Source: Tubiluchus corallicola
Taxonomy: Eukaryota; Animalia; Priapulida
NCBI GenBank assembly: GCA_030141605.1
Contig: JAQGDQ010001635.1
Coordinates: 1 to 31,584 of the forward strand
Length of the DNA: 31,584 bases
Direction of reading: 5' to 3'
The position numbers were made by a program, and so were the translations under genes. Below are positions 21,277-31,584 of this stretch, piece by piece. The notes beneath the pieces are model-generated. The model searched no databases and was not told the origin of the DNA. It saw nothing but the letters and a program-made list of their open reading frames with translations. The stretch's first letter is position 1. Every line of letters starts with the position of its first letter.

Positions 21277-22444
21277 CAGTGGTGTACCCCCTGCAGCTTG
21301 TCTAACCAGTTTGATACAGTAGTCGTTCGATATAGGAATATTCCCATCTCAACTTAAACAGGCTAATGTTACCCTAATTCATAAATCGTTGCCAAAAAAT
21401 GACAAACAGAATTACCGACCGGTATCAATGCTACCTGTGACAATTAAAATTTTTGAAATAGTGTTTGTGAGAATGTATGAATTTTTAGTAGCTGGTGAGA
21501 TCTTCACCAAGTTTCAGTCTTGGTTTCGACCAAGTGACTCAACAATCTACCAACTCATCGATACTGTTCACTCGATTTATGAAAGTATGAGTAGACACGA
21601 AGACGTAATAGGAGTTTCTTTGATATATCAAAGGCGTTTGACAAAGTCTGACACGCTGGACTTGTATACAAACTTAAGCGTGATGGCATTCAAGATACTC
21701 TCCTAATGTGGCTGGAAAGTCACCTCGAAAATAGACAGCAGCGAATTGTTATACAGGGGTCTCGTTCAGTTTGGCGAGTATAAAAGCAGGCATCCCGCAA
21801 GGGTCTATTTTGGGGCCATGACTCAACTGCTTTAATTAAATTGAAGAAACACAAAAAAAAGAATAATGAAAACACTTTTATAATTATATATTTATACAAA
21901 TACTTGGATATTAAATTTATGCCAGTGAATTACAATAGAAAATCTATACAACGATACATACTAGTTATACACACAATTTTGAGGCATGGTTGCAACAATT
22001 ATCCATTCTGGGCTCTTTAATCAAAAATGTTAACAAACTAAGCAGTTAATTTATACATGTTGCAAGGATTCACAGCAGAAGGCCTATTTCAGAAAAGTTT
22101 AAACTGATTCACCGGAACTATTTACTGTATTAATGCGCACGCATTTTCACACCACATAGGCCTACTTTTATATCGCACATTTTAGTTTATAAATTTTTAT
22201 TCCATTACTTGACTGTTTAGTGTATGATATTTATTTAACAAATATTTTCAATTAAATAATTTTAATGGAAATCTACCACGACTAGCACAATTGAAACGGA
22301 TTGAATCAAGTCCGCTCAGCAGTTTCAATTTCACCGACTGCCAGCAATTCAACACTGGCAAAATAAAAAACTTTTGGACGCCTGCAAATTTCAACACTTC
22401 TCATTTCCGCGCTCATTTCCGCCAGTATTTCCGGTTGTTAATTA

Positions 22445-22690
22445 CTATCTAAACGTGTGTTCAATATGATCAATATCTATCACTGTAGTGGTTACTGGTA
22501 TTGAGTTCATTTCTTCACTTCTCCGTCTCCTGGGTAAGTTTGTGAAGTTTGATTCGGCCATAACTTCATCTTCTTCCATCACTCCGTACGTCCGTTCACC
22601 TGGGTCATCAGCGTAGGGCGTCCGCTTCATGGAGTAGACCAGAACACCCGTAATGATGACGCCAAACGCAACGAAGTAAAAGAACGAAAA
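22445..22690 (-). CDS. SLC35F2: SLC35F1/F2-like transporter, last coding exon
   Basis: Acceptor ttacAG at 22692-22691, phase 0. Encodes FSFFYFVAFGVIITGVLVYSMKRTP...HTFR-stop (last TM helix plus tail). F1 versus F2 orthology cannot be resolved. Confidence 0.85.
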   Translation of the reverse strand, partial: FSFFYFVAFGVIITGVLVYSMKRTPYADDPGERTYGVMEEDEVMAESNFTNLPRRRRSEEMNSIPVTTTVIDIDHIEHTFR

Positions 22691-23539
22691 CTGTAATCAA
22701 ACAACAACTATTGAAAAAATTGAATTTGATGCCAAATAGCTTTAAAGGGAGGGAGAGAGCCTGTCCTGATCGTGCACTGTTAACACTAATTTATGTCCAA
22801 TTTATTGCATTCAGAAAGGCTGCATTACGCTTAAACCTTGGTGGTTTTGACTGATTTTCTCTAACCTGTGATTTTGTATTAATCGTGCTGTGAAAATAAT
22901 CCAGTCAAAAATAGTCATTAGAGAAACATAACGATTTGTATAAATTGTGGCCACACTAATAATACACTTTATTAACAAATAACCAAATTGAACTGTTACA
23001 CTTTACATTTCAAATTAAACTACAATTCATAACAAAAATAATCACATAATTCACAGCACTTTAAATGAGTAATCTCACATATAGGCCTATATAAAAAACA
23101 AGAAAAAGGGGACCACCCTTTGTGGTACCTGCTGATAAGTGGTCACCGATCAGCGATAACACTTCCTTTTTATAGGCAAGGTTAACTAAACACATGGTTA
23201 CACATGCATGAACGAAGCATACGATCTAAATAATATTGTAAGGCCACCAAAGAAGCCAGGTTTGGTTTAAAGCGGATTTTCCGACAACAACAGCAATGAC
23301 GATTGTATTATTGGGATGAAAGTCATGGCCATGATACGGATATGGATAGCAATACAGACGTTTACTGACAACAATCAGCGTAAGTAAAAGCATCTCCACC
23401 AAAGATGAAGAGTTCTGCAGCCGCCATCGGTGTATGGCAAAGTTTAAATACCTGCATGACGTCATACATATATACATAGTTTAGAGAACGGATTCTCAAG
23501 ACACGACAAACAAGGAAATAAGAAGTTATAGTCAAATTC

Positions 23540-23845
23540 GTCATCATCTTATTCATCGTCGTCGTCATCGTCGTCGTCACCATCACACCACCATCACACC
23601 ACCAGCATCATCAGCATCAACATCATCATACCATCACCACCATCATCATCACATCATCATACCATCATCATCACCATCATCACCATCAACATACCATCAC
23701 CACCACCATCATCATCATCACCATACCATCACCATCACCATCATCATCATTAACCTAATCCAGGGCATTTACCACTATCATTGTCGCTATCATTGCTGTT
23801 ATCATTATCACAGTCGTCATCACTGCCACCATCATCATCATCATG
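23540..23845. repeat. Degenerate (CAT/CAC)n trinucleotide microsatellite in an SLC35F intron
   Basis: Direct CATCATCACCAC runs. Confidence 0.9.
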
Positions 23846-24424
23846 CCATTGTTATCACCACCATCTTCTTCGTAATGCCATTATCATAACCATCACGTCA
23901 TTACAATTATTATTAAGTTTACATGTGTACTTTTTTGTTTTTTGTAGAGCACATTGGTCAACATCCAACAATCATCTGCATAATCTACTTATTACTCTGC
24001 TAGGTGTGGCGGGATTGCAACCTATCTCATTGTCGAGGATACCCTTCCATGACAAGATCCTATGCTGGATGGTCAACGGTGTTTAAATCACTTACATAAG
24101 AACTGTGTCCTATATAACTGGTTTCGAAAAATGGTAAAAACTTTAAAAAACGGAAATTAAAAAATGGAAAATTTTAAATTGAGAATGTAAAGTTGTAAAA
24201 CGATGCTATTCTCCGCAAAATAAAACAAGCAAAATCATTTTTGCCAACTTAAGAGGATAGTCAAGGTTGGTCAATTGTTCTGATTGTGCTGTTTGAACAC
24301 ACGTGACGTTTCAAGGGCAAAAATATCACTAGTCGCTCCTGCCTACACAAAAGAAACGTCAAAATTTCCTGTAAAATATAAAATAATCGTTTATAAACTG
24401 ATTTTTCATTAGCATAGAATGCGA

Positions 24425-24673
24425 ATTTATTTTATACAGTTTGGCAGACAGGCTACCTTCTCAATGCAGATGTATGGCAGGACTGGAACACATCTCATTA
24501 TAAAGGATAATCCTTTAAATCGGCACACCGAACAGGATGTACAATTGGATATACACGTCCACCATCTAAATCGCTCTTGACGAGCATAGAACCTGGCAGT
24601 CACCTGTTCATTTACCGAGTGCCGCTAAATTCGGCCGCCAAGCACACGTAGCCACTCAGCCATTCACCTTACC
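24425..24673 (-). mobile_element. Putative tRNA-derived SINE, ~250 bp
   Basis: The minus strand starts GGTAAGGTGAA, then A-box TGGCTGAGTGG (24662-24652) and B-box-like GGTTCTATGC (24593-24584). It ends in an A-rich tail TATAAAATAAAT. Only one copy in the window. Confidence 0.6.
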
Positions 24674-24771
24674 GTAATCTCTAAGTGCTTTTAGCAGTTC
24701 TTAAAGACGTCAGATACACTATAGTTGTAAGCTACTAAAATTACTGAAACCTTTATAATAAGTTTATCGAT

Positions 24772-24897
24772 GCAATACAACGCAACACAACACAGTACAA
24801 CACAACACAGCACAACACAACACAACACAACACAACACAACACAACACAACACAACACAACACAATACAATACAATACAACACAATATAACACAATA
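24772..24897. repeat. (CACAA/TACAA)n pentanucleotide microsatellite
   Basis: Direct pentanucleotide run. Confidence 0.95.
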
Positions 24898-25115
24898 CGA
24901 TAGGTACAATAGAATGCAATGGAACCTATATTATACAGACATAGTATGCAATTGCATCAGAGATTCTAAATTTCCAGTTCTGTTCTATTGAAGTTTCCCA
25001 AGAAAGTTTACTTCTGGAAATTGACTGGATCTTTTTTTAATCCAGAAACCTTATTAATTGAATTCATTCTAACTGATTAGCAACCAACAGAAACATTATT
25101 ACATTAATTTCTCAC

Positions 25116-25270
25116 CTGAAAATGAAAGACTACCATACCAATGAGGAGCACGTAGAAGTCAGCTGACAACAACGACAGATTTACAGCAGTGGCACTCGTG
25201 GCTTTAATCACCATTGGAAAGAGAGAGTAGAGTAGAAACATACAAGCAGCATAGCTCACTAGTAAAACAA
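25116..25270 (-). CDS. SLC35F2: SLC35F1/F2-like transporter, internal exon (155 bp)
   Basis: ttctctcttgcAG | ...VLLVSYAACMFLLYSLFPMVIKATSATAVNLSLLSADFYVLLIGMVVFHFQ | GTgaga. The SATxVNLSLLxAD motif is characteristic of the family. Phase 1 in, phase 0 out. Confidence 0.92.
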
Positions 25271-25348
25271 CTGCAAGAGAGAACATTCATTATTTATACA
25301 TAAGCATAAGCAAGAGAACATTGGTTAAAATAAACTTCTGACGTCAAC

Positions 25349-25728
25349 AATTAGGTCTTTTCACTTTTTCGTTGTGCGCACGCGCAGTTGCTGTAGGTCA
25401 AAGCTTCAGCAACGCGTCTTAACTACAACGTGACATGTGAATACAGCAAAGCCGTCTGGCGCATCAGATCAGGAACTTCAGTTGTGTTACGTGGACTCTA
25501 TTCAATTATGCATTAGTACGTGCAAAGAGTGATTTACTGCCTGGATCTTGCTTGGGAACAAGAAAAAATGAACTAGTTAAGGTTCTGCCTAGCTGTTAAA
25601 ACTGTTACTATCACATTAACGTGGGATGCAAAGCGTTGTCAAGTGTACACGAGTTCGTTATTTGATACACTTAACCTTTGACCTCTTCACGATCATCATC
25701 AATCGCTGGAACTGTGAAAAGACTTATT
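25349..25728 (+). mobile_element. Dispersed TIR-type repeat family, copy 2, apparently full length (~380 bp MITE)
   Basis: Termini AATTAGGTCTTTTCAC (25349-25364) and GTGAAAAGACTTATT (25714-25728) are near-perfect inverted repeats. The body aligns with 8630-8956 and 27963-28238. Confidence 0.75.
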
Positions 25729-25754
25729 TCAGTGTCAAGCAAACGAACACTTAC

Positions 25755-25810
25755 CTATTTGCCAAATATCCCATCTTATATGCAAAACTTCTTGTCTTTC
25801 TATTATTGAT
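25755..25810 (-). CDS. SLC35F2: SLC35F1/F2-like transporter, 56-bp exon
   Basis: cttcttatAG | (L)SIIERQEVLHIRWDIWQI(V) | GTaagt. Phase 2 in and phase 1 out, exactly bridging the neighbouring exons. Not in the ORF track. Confidence 0.88.
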
Positions 25811-26109
25811 CTATAAGAAGATACCATATAAATACGTCATGTAGTATAGCTATACAAAACATGATATCAAGCTGCGTAATATCTTTGAATTTAAATATTG
25901 TAAGTTAAAGACTTTCAAGGACTAACAAAATAAGTACTGCTGTTGACAAAGAAAAACGTAGTTAACACAGTTTTCATTGACCATTGAGAATCAATGTACG
26001 TTTAAAATAGACAGCGGATAATTAAATCCACAAGACGAAATGCGTTTGATCTGTATGGGAAATTATAATCATAAAAAATTACGGAAATCACTCAAAAACT
26101 GATAATCAA

Positions 26110-26326
26110 TAACAGTAGTAATAGTGGTAGCGGTAGTGTTAGTGTTAGTGGTAGTGGTAGTGTTAGTGGTAGTGGTAGTGGTAGTGTTAGTGGTAGTGGT
26201 AGTGGTAGTGGTAGTAGTAGTAGTAGTAGTTAGTAGTATTTGGTAGTAGTAGTAGTAGTAGTAGTTGTTGTTGTTGTTGTTGTTGTTGTCGTAGTAGTAG
26301 CAGCAGTGGCAGCAGCAGCAGCAGCA

Positions 26327-26372
<46 letters not shown>

Positions 26373-26443
26373 CGGCAGTGGCGGTGGTAGTGGTGGTGGT
26401 GGTGGTGGTGGTGGTGGTGGTGGCGGCGGTGGCGGTGGCGGTG

Positions 26444-26474
<31 letters not shown>

Positions 26475-26565
26475 GAGGGGGGGTGGTGGTGGTGGTGTTG
26501 GTGGTGGTGGTGGTGGTGGTAGTGGTAATGGTGGTGGTAGTGGTAATGGTGGTGGTGGTGGTGTT
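26110..26565. repeat. Compound trinucleotide microsatellite (TAG/TTG/CAG/CGG/TGG) in an SLC35F intron
   Basis: Successive GTA, GTT, GCA, GCG and GTG runs; source of the poly-V/poly-A ORF. Confidence 0.95.
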
Positions 26566-26642
26566 GATAGCTGTTATATAAGTTATATAATAGTTTATAT
26601 ATACAGTAGTTATTATATAATAGTTTTACTAGTTTAACTTAC

Positions 26643-26799
26643 AATTGTAAACCATTTACTACGCTACCAAAAAGTCCAATCATTCCGAGAAACTCTACGA
26701 AATCGTAATTCCGCACAGAGAATTCCTGAGCTACGTTAGACATGGCGTAACACGACGCTGCTGCTATGCACAACATGTCACCCACAAGTTTATTTGGAG
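26643..26799 (-). CDS. SLC35F2: SLC35F1/F2-like transporter, internal exon (157 bp)
   Basis: tttttctgcAG | (A)PNKLVGDMLCIAAASCYAMSNVAQEFSVRNYDFVEFLGMIGLFGSVVNGLQ | GTaagt. Phase 1 in, phase 2 out. Not in the ORF track. Confidence 0.93.
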
Positions 26800-27016
26800 C
26801 TGCAGAAAAATAAAACAATTTATTCGGTTACACGAAAAGGTTTGTGTAAGATTGACAGCAGACTTGATTCAGATCAGTTACAATTGATTAAACTTTTTCT
26901 TGGGTTAAACAATCTAAACCCGGTTCATTTATTTCCACTGCTTCTAGGCGGGACACATAAAATCTTGCTTTAAAACCCCCTGGTGGACGTGAGATAAATT
27001 ATACTGGAAAGTCAAC

Positions 27017-27627
27017 TTAAAGGACAAGAAAAGGGGCACCTGAAGCAGGTTTCAGAAAAATCGCCTTAAAAATTATATTACTTTATAGCAATTTTATGCA
27101 CATATCGTATTCGTGTTGGAAAGAATTTTCGTTTGTTTTCATTTTAAATCTCCCGCAATGCTGTTCCGACGGCGCCATTACATGACGTCACTAAAATACG
27201 TAAATCAGGGGAAGAAAAGGCAATGTTAAATTATGAACCAAAAAATAATCATTTGAAATATTTGTGCCAGTTGGTAAAATGTCGCTGACTCACCCTCCAG
27301 GGTGCGCCACTCACTAGGCAAAAACGTATTTTTAATCTTATTGACAAGATACAATAATTTAAAATTTTACTTAATTAGCAACATGTATGCTACGAATGCT
27401 CTGATTATTTTTTCAAACTGTACTTAATGTATCAAAACTGGTTTCAAACGACCTACCATTAAAATGGCTGCGCCTAACGGTCATCTCGGGAGTTTAAATT
27501 TACACGTTTCATACAGCGTTACGGCCAATGCAAGCCATGCATATGAAAAGGTAGTACGTAACTGGTATAAAACTTCGAGACGAATTTTTTAAGCTTTATA
27601 TAAGTGGAGGGTTTTCCTGTGCTTTAA
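27017..27627. mobile_element. Kolobok-like non-autonomous DNA transposon, ~603 bp, in an SLC35F intron
   Basis: TTAA-AGGACAAGAAAA (27017-27032) ... TTTTCCTGTGCT-TTAA (27612-27627). TTAA flanks with AG...CT termini, 10/12 TIR match. The right ~200 bp is shared with 6786-6983. Confidence 0.7.
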
Positions 27628-27962
27628 AGGAAACTAACACATATTTTAATAAGTGTCGTTCTTCAATTTATATCACCCATACCATTGCTGATTTTAGAGG
27701 ACTTTTTTAGGTTTCACTTCCTAACAGTTTACAAACGATTATTGTGTAATCTAATACCAAACACCAGATTAAATGGTCTAAGCCGTAAATAAAACATTTT
27801 TGATTAAAACCAGAATTATTACGGTTTCACAATTATTTCCAATTGAACATTTGCTTCAAAATCAACATTCTTGCGTTCTACCATTGTTTTTTAAAAGAAA
27901 AGACACGTAATTTAGCATGTTGAGTTTATTTTACCACTATCACTTCAACTTAAGAAAAATAT

Positions 27963-28238
27963 AACATATGTGTAAAACAAAGCCGTCTGTTGCGTCTGTT
28001 CATTAATTTCAGTTATTTTACGTGGGCTTTGCTTAATTATGCATTAGTCCGTTCCCATTTCATGGGAACAAGAAAAAATGAACTAGGTGTGGTTCTAGCT
28101 AGCTGTTAAAACTGTTACTGTTACAACAGCATGGACTGTGAGACGCTGTCAAGTGTACACAAATGTGTTGTAAGGTACACTTAACCTTTGACCTTTTCAC
28201 GATCATCATCAATCGCTGGAACGGTAAAAAGGCTTATT
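27963..28238 (+). mobile_element. Dispersed TIR-type repeat family, copy 3 (5'-truncated)
   Basis: Aligns with ~25430-25728 and ends at GGTAAAAAGGCTTATT. Confidence 0.8.
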
Positions 28239-28335
28239 AATATACGATGTTAGCGTCACTGGGTTACAAACGAAAAACCTCTATCATCACACAGTTTAGT
28301 ATCTAGATTCTAGAACAACTTCTATTTCGACTAAC

Positions 28336-28498
28336 CTTGTTCAGTGGACGTATCTCTGCCAAGAGCGTCGGCCCATATCAGAGTTCCCACCCCCACGAGG
28401 CACACGCCCACTCCCACGATATGTATAAGTTTATAGCGAATCTTGAGAAATATCCAGGACAGTACAAGCACCACAGGAATTGTAAAACAGTCCAGCAA
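28336..28498 (-). CDS. SLC35F2: SLC35F1/F2-like transporter, most upstream exon found in the window (163 bp)
   Basis: ctaatttgtttcAG | LLDCFTIPVVLVLSWIFLKIRYKLIHIVGVGVCLVGVGTLIWADALGRDTSTEQ | GTtagt. Phase 0 in, phase 1 out. Earlier exons were not found and presumably lie beyond 31584. Confidence 0.93.
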
Positions 28499-28781
28499 CT
28501 GAAACAAATTAGATTTGACGAGAATTTGCGAGTGCAACACGACGATCACTCATCGATCTAACAAGATTTTATGAGCTCACAAACCAAATTTCGTGTCTGA
28601 AAACTCGTGCAAAACGAAACTTGAAAATCTGTTAAATTTTATTATTAAAAAGTTGCAGAAACAATTCTGAACGTAGATCATTCGTATTTCGACTGGCATT
28701 ATAACACCAATAACATGAAGCGAACTACCTTCCACCAAAAAAACTATTAAATATGTATATAATGATGATAATGCACCTTGA

Positions 28782-28856
28782 TTAAAGGAAAGAACAAGTC
28801 ATTTAGCATGTTAAGTTAATTTTACCTTTATCACTTAAACTTAGAAAAATATAACA
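28782..28856 (+). repeat. ~75-bp dispersed repeat starting TTAAAG (second copy at 27891-27966); possible Kolobok-like left end
   Basis: TTAAAGGAAAGAACAAGTCATTTAGCATGTTAAGTTAATTTTACCTTTATCACTTAAACTTAGAAAAATATAACA aligns with 27891-27966. Confidence 0.65.
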
Positions 28857-29409
28857 AAGAAATTTGCAAAAAAAACTGTCTATAATCCATAAATTTAACT
28901 TACGATACCGCTGTATGCTAATTTTCAGACGCGGTGGTTGCCGCCATTTACTAAAACTTATGACGTAATTGGTGGATTACGTGGCTCTTCGCAAACGCGC
29001 CGTGGTTTCTGTAAGGGTGCGCTGTTTAAAGTTCTGCAGCTTACTTAATACTTATACAAAAATGTCGCACGTCATCGGTGGTTTTTTTTACAAAAATTTC
29101 TGCTGATTTCTAAGTATTTCAAAAGTCCAGTTTTAAAAAAAGTTTTTCATAGTATTTAGTTTAACATTTAAATTTACACATGTTTGCGTTCAGTATTTAA
29201 CAATGCCGTTGTATCATTCAGAACAGAAAGAAGCCTAAACTGCATCACTTCATTCAACACTGGTCGTTTACTGGTCATTCATTCAACACTGGTCGTTTAC
29301 TGGTCAATAACCACTAAGCTGTCACCCTCCGCTTAAATTTTGTTTAAAAAACGCCCTCATTTTGCCGATGCACGTCGAATGGACCTCACAAGTTGAGTGC
29401 CTCTCTTTA

Positions 29410-31584
29410 TGTAAATTTGACACTGAGTAGGCCTATAAATGTAAATTTGACCCTGAGTAGGCCTATAAATGTAAATTTGACACTGACTAGGCCTTTAAAT
29501 GTACATTTGACCCTGAGTACGCCTATAAATGTAAATTTGACCCTGAGTAGGCCTATAAATGTAAATTTGACCCTGAGTACGCCTATAAATGTAAATTTGA
29601 CCCCGAGTAGGCCTATAAATGTAAATTTGACCCTGAGTAGGCCTTTAAATGTAGATGTGACCCTGAGTACGCCTATAAATGTAAATTTGACCCTGAGTAG
29701 GCCTAAAAATGTAAATTTGACACTGACCAGGCCTTTAAATGTAAATTTGACCCTGAGTAGGCCTATAAATGTAAATTTGACCCTGACTAGGCCTTTAAAT
29801 GTAAATTTTACACTGACTAGGCCTTTAAATGTAGGCCCATAAATGTAAATTTGACACTGACTAGGCCTTTAAATGTAAATTTGACCCTGAGTAGGCCTAT
29901 AAATGTAAATTTGACCCTGAGTAGACCTATAAATGTAGATGTGACCCTGAGTACACCTATAAATGTAAATTTGACCCTGAGTAGGCCTATAAATGTAAAT
30001 TTGACCCTGAGTAGGCCCATAAATGTAAATTTGACACTGACTAGGCCTTTAAATGTAAATTTGACCCCGAGTAGGCCTATAAATGTAAATTTGACCCTGA
30101 GTAGGCCTTTAAATGTAGATGTGACCCTGAGTACACCTATAAATGTAAATTTGACCCTGAGTAGGCCTAAAAATGTAAATTTGACACTGACCAGGCCTTT
30201 AAATGTAAATTTGACCCTGAGTAGGCCTATAAATGTAAATTTGACCCTGACTAGGCCTTTAAATGTAAATTTTACACTGACTAGGCCTTTAAATGTAAAT
30301 TTGACCCTGAGTAGGCCTATAAATGTAAATTTGACCCTGAGTAGGCCCATAAATGTAAATTTGACACTGACTAGGCCTTTAAATGTAAATTTGACCCTGA
30401 GTAGGCCTATAAATGTAAATTTGACCCTGAGTAGGCCTATAAATGTAAATTTGACCCTGAGTAGGCCTATAAATGTAAATTTGACCCTGAGTAGGCCTAT
30501 AAATGTAAATTTGACCCTGAGTAGGCCTTTAAATGTAATTGACCCTGAGTACGCCTATAAATGTAAATTTGACCCTGAGTAGGCCTATAAATGTAAATTT
30601 GACACTGACTAGGCCTTTAAATGTAAATTTGACCCTGAGTAGGCCTATAAATGTAAATTTGACCCTGAGTAGGCCTATAAATGTAAATTTGACCCTGAGT
30701 AGGCCTATAAATGTAAATTTTACACTGAGTAGGCCTTTAAATGTAAATTTGACCCTGAGTAGGCCTTTAAATGTAAATTTGACCCTGAGTAGGCCTATAA
30801 ATGTAAATTTGACCCTGAGTACGCCTATAAATGTAAATTTGACACTGACTAGGCCTTTAAATGTAAATTTGACCTTGAGTAGGCCTATAAATGTAAATTT
30901 GACCCTGAGTAGGCCTATAAATGTAAATTTGACCCTGAGTAGGCCTTTAAATGTAAATTTGACATTGACTAGGCCTTTAAATGTAAATTTGACCCTGAGT
31001 AGGCCTATAAATGTAAATTTGACCCTGAGTAGGCCCATAAATGTAAATTTGACACTGACTAGGCCTTTAAATGTAAATTTGACCCTGAGTAGGCCTATAA
31101 ATGTAAATTTGACACTGACTAGGCCTTTAAATGTAAATTTGACCCTGAGTAGGCCTATAAATGCAAATTTGACAGTGAGTAGGCCTATAAATGTAAATTT
31201 GACAGTGAGCAAGCCTTTAAATGTAAATTTGACCCTGAGTAGGCCTTTAAATGTAAATTTGACCCTGAGTAGGCCTAGAAATGTAAATTTGACCCTGAGT
31301 AGGCCTATAAATGTAAATTTGACACTGACTAGGCCTTTAAATGTAAATTTGACCCTGAGTAGGCCTATAAATGCAAATTTGACACTGACTAGGCCTTTAA
31401 ATGTAAATTTGACCCTGAGTAGGCCTATAAATGCAAATTTGACAGTGAGTAGGCCTATAAATGTAAATTTGACAGTGAGTAAGCCTATAAATGTAAATTT
31501 GACAGTGATTATGCCTATAAATGTAAATTTTACAGTGAGTACGCCTATAAATGTAAATTTGACCCTGAGTAGGCCTATAAATGT
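29410..31584. repeat. 30-bp minisatellite, ~72 copies, running off the window end (probably intronic in SLC35F)
   Basis: Unit GTAAATTTGACCCTGAGTAGGCCTATAAAT with recurring variants. Phase breaks near 29831-29844 and 30540. No unique spacers. Confidence 0.97.

Larger units (their letters stand above)
19060..21820 (+). mobile_element. Decayed CR1-group LINE ORF2 (APE endonuclease plus N-terminal part of reverse transcriptase), with frameshifts, stops and two insertions
   Basis: EN-like FAVYYRP...ITGEYNVKNRRW...SCIDPLITN...HHC. Then NKARGFGGI, GIFPSQLKQANVTLIHK, NYRPVSMLP, FQSWFRPSDST, DISKAFDKV*HAGL and KAGIPQGSILGP (21782-21818), after which it is truncated before the YADD motif. Confidence 0.9.

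Noticed and set aside
23226-23477. 83-aa minus-strand ORF as an extra SLC35F exon or nested gene
   Set aside because: No recognisable motif, and the flanking exons already join in phase to give the expected protein.
26240-26581. Poly-Val/poly-Ala ORF (likewise ORFs at 4365-4744, 16216-16475 and 24691-24991)
   Set aside because: Translations of microsatellites.
29393-31212. Long ORFs of 10-aa repeats on both strands (NVNLTLSRPI / LRVKFTFIGL) as a solenoid protein
   Set aside because: They follow from a stop-free 30-bp unit. Indels break the frames, there is no non-repetitive domain, and the array probably lies in an SLC35F intron.
29410-31584. 30-bp repeats (also 5057-5876) as a CRISPR array
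   Set aside because: Units are head-to-tail with no unique spacers, there are no cas genes, and the context is eukaryotic.

Overview
The window has two very different parts. Positions 1-~2160 are gene-dense, intronless Bacteroidota-type DNA on the minus strand: a 5'-truncated SusD/RagB gene, an intact LamG-domain lipoprotein gene, a terminator-like hairpin and the start of a PHP-family phosphoesterase. At ~2157-2165 the SusD frame is cut mid-gene. The rest is AT-rich animal (invertebrate-like) DNA. It contains a single-ORF DEG/ENaC channel gene whose selectivity filter reads C-V-S instead of G-x-S, and the last five exons of an SLC35F1/F2-like transporter (GT-AG sites and phases all consistent). 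It also holds microsatellites, five tandem arrays (30, 29, 150, 69 and 30 bp units), several non-autonomous DNA transposons (pogo/mariner-, piggyBac- and Kolobok-like, plus unclassified TIR families), a tRNA-derived SINE, and a decayed CR1-type LINE with a nested LINE insertion. The bacterial/animal junction is the most striking feature. A chimeric join or contamination seems more likely than horizontal transfer, but only read data can decide. I find no CRISPR array and no convincing new multi-gene system. All family assignments come from motifs recognised by eye, not from database searches.
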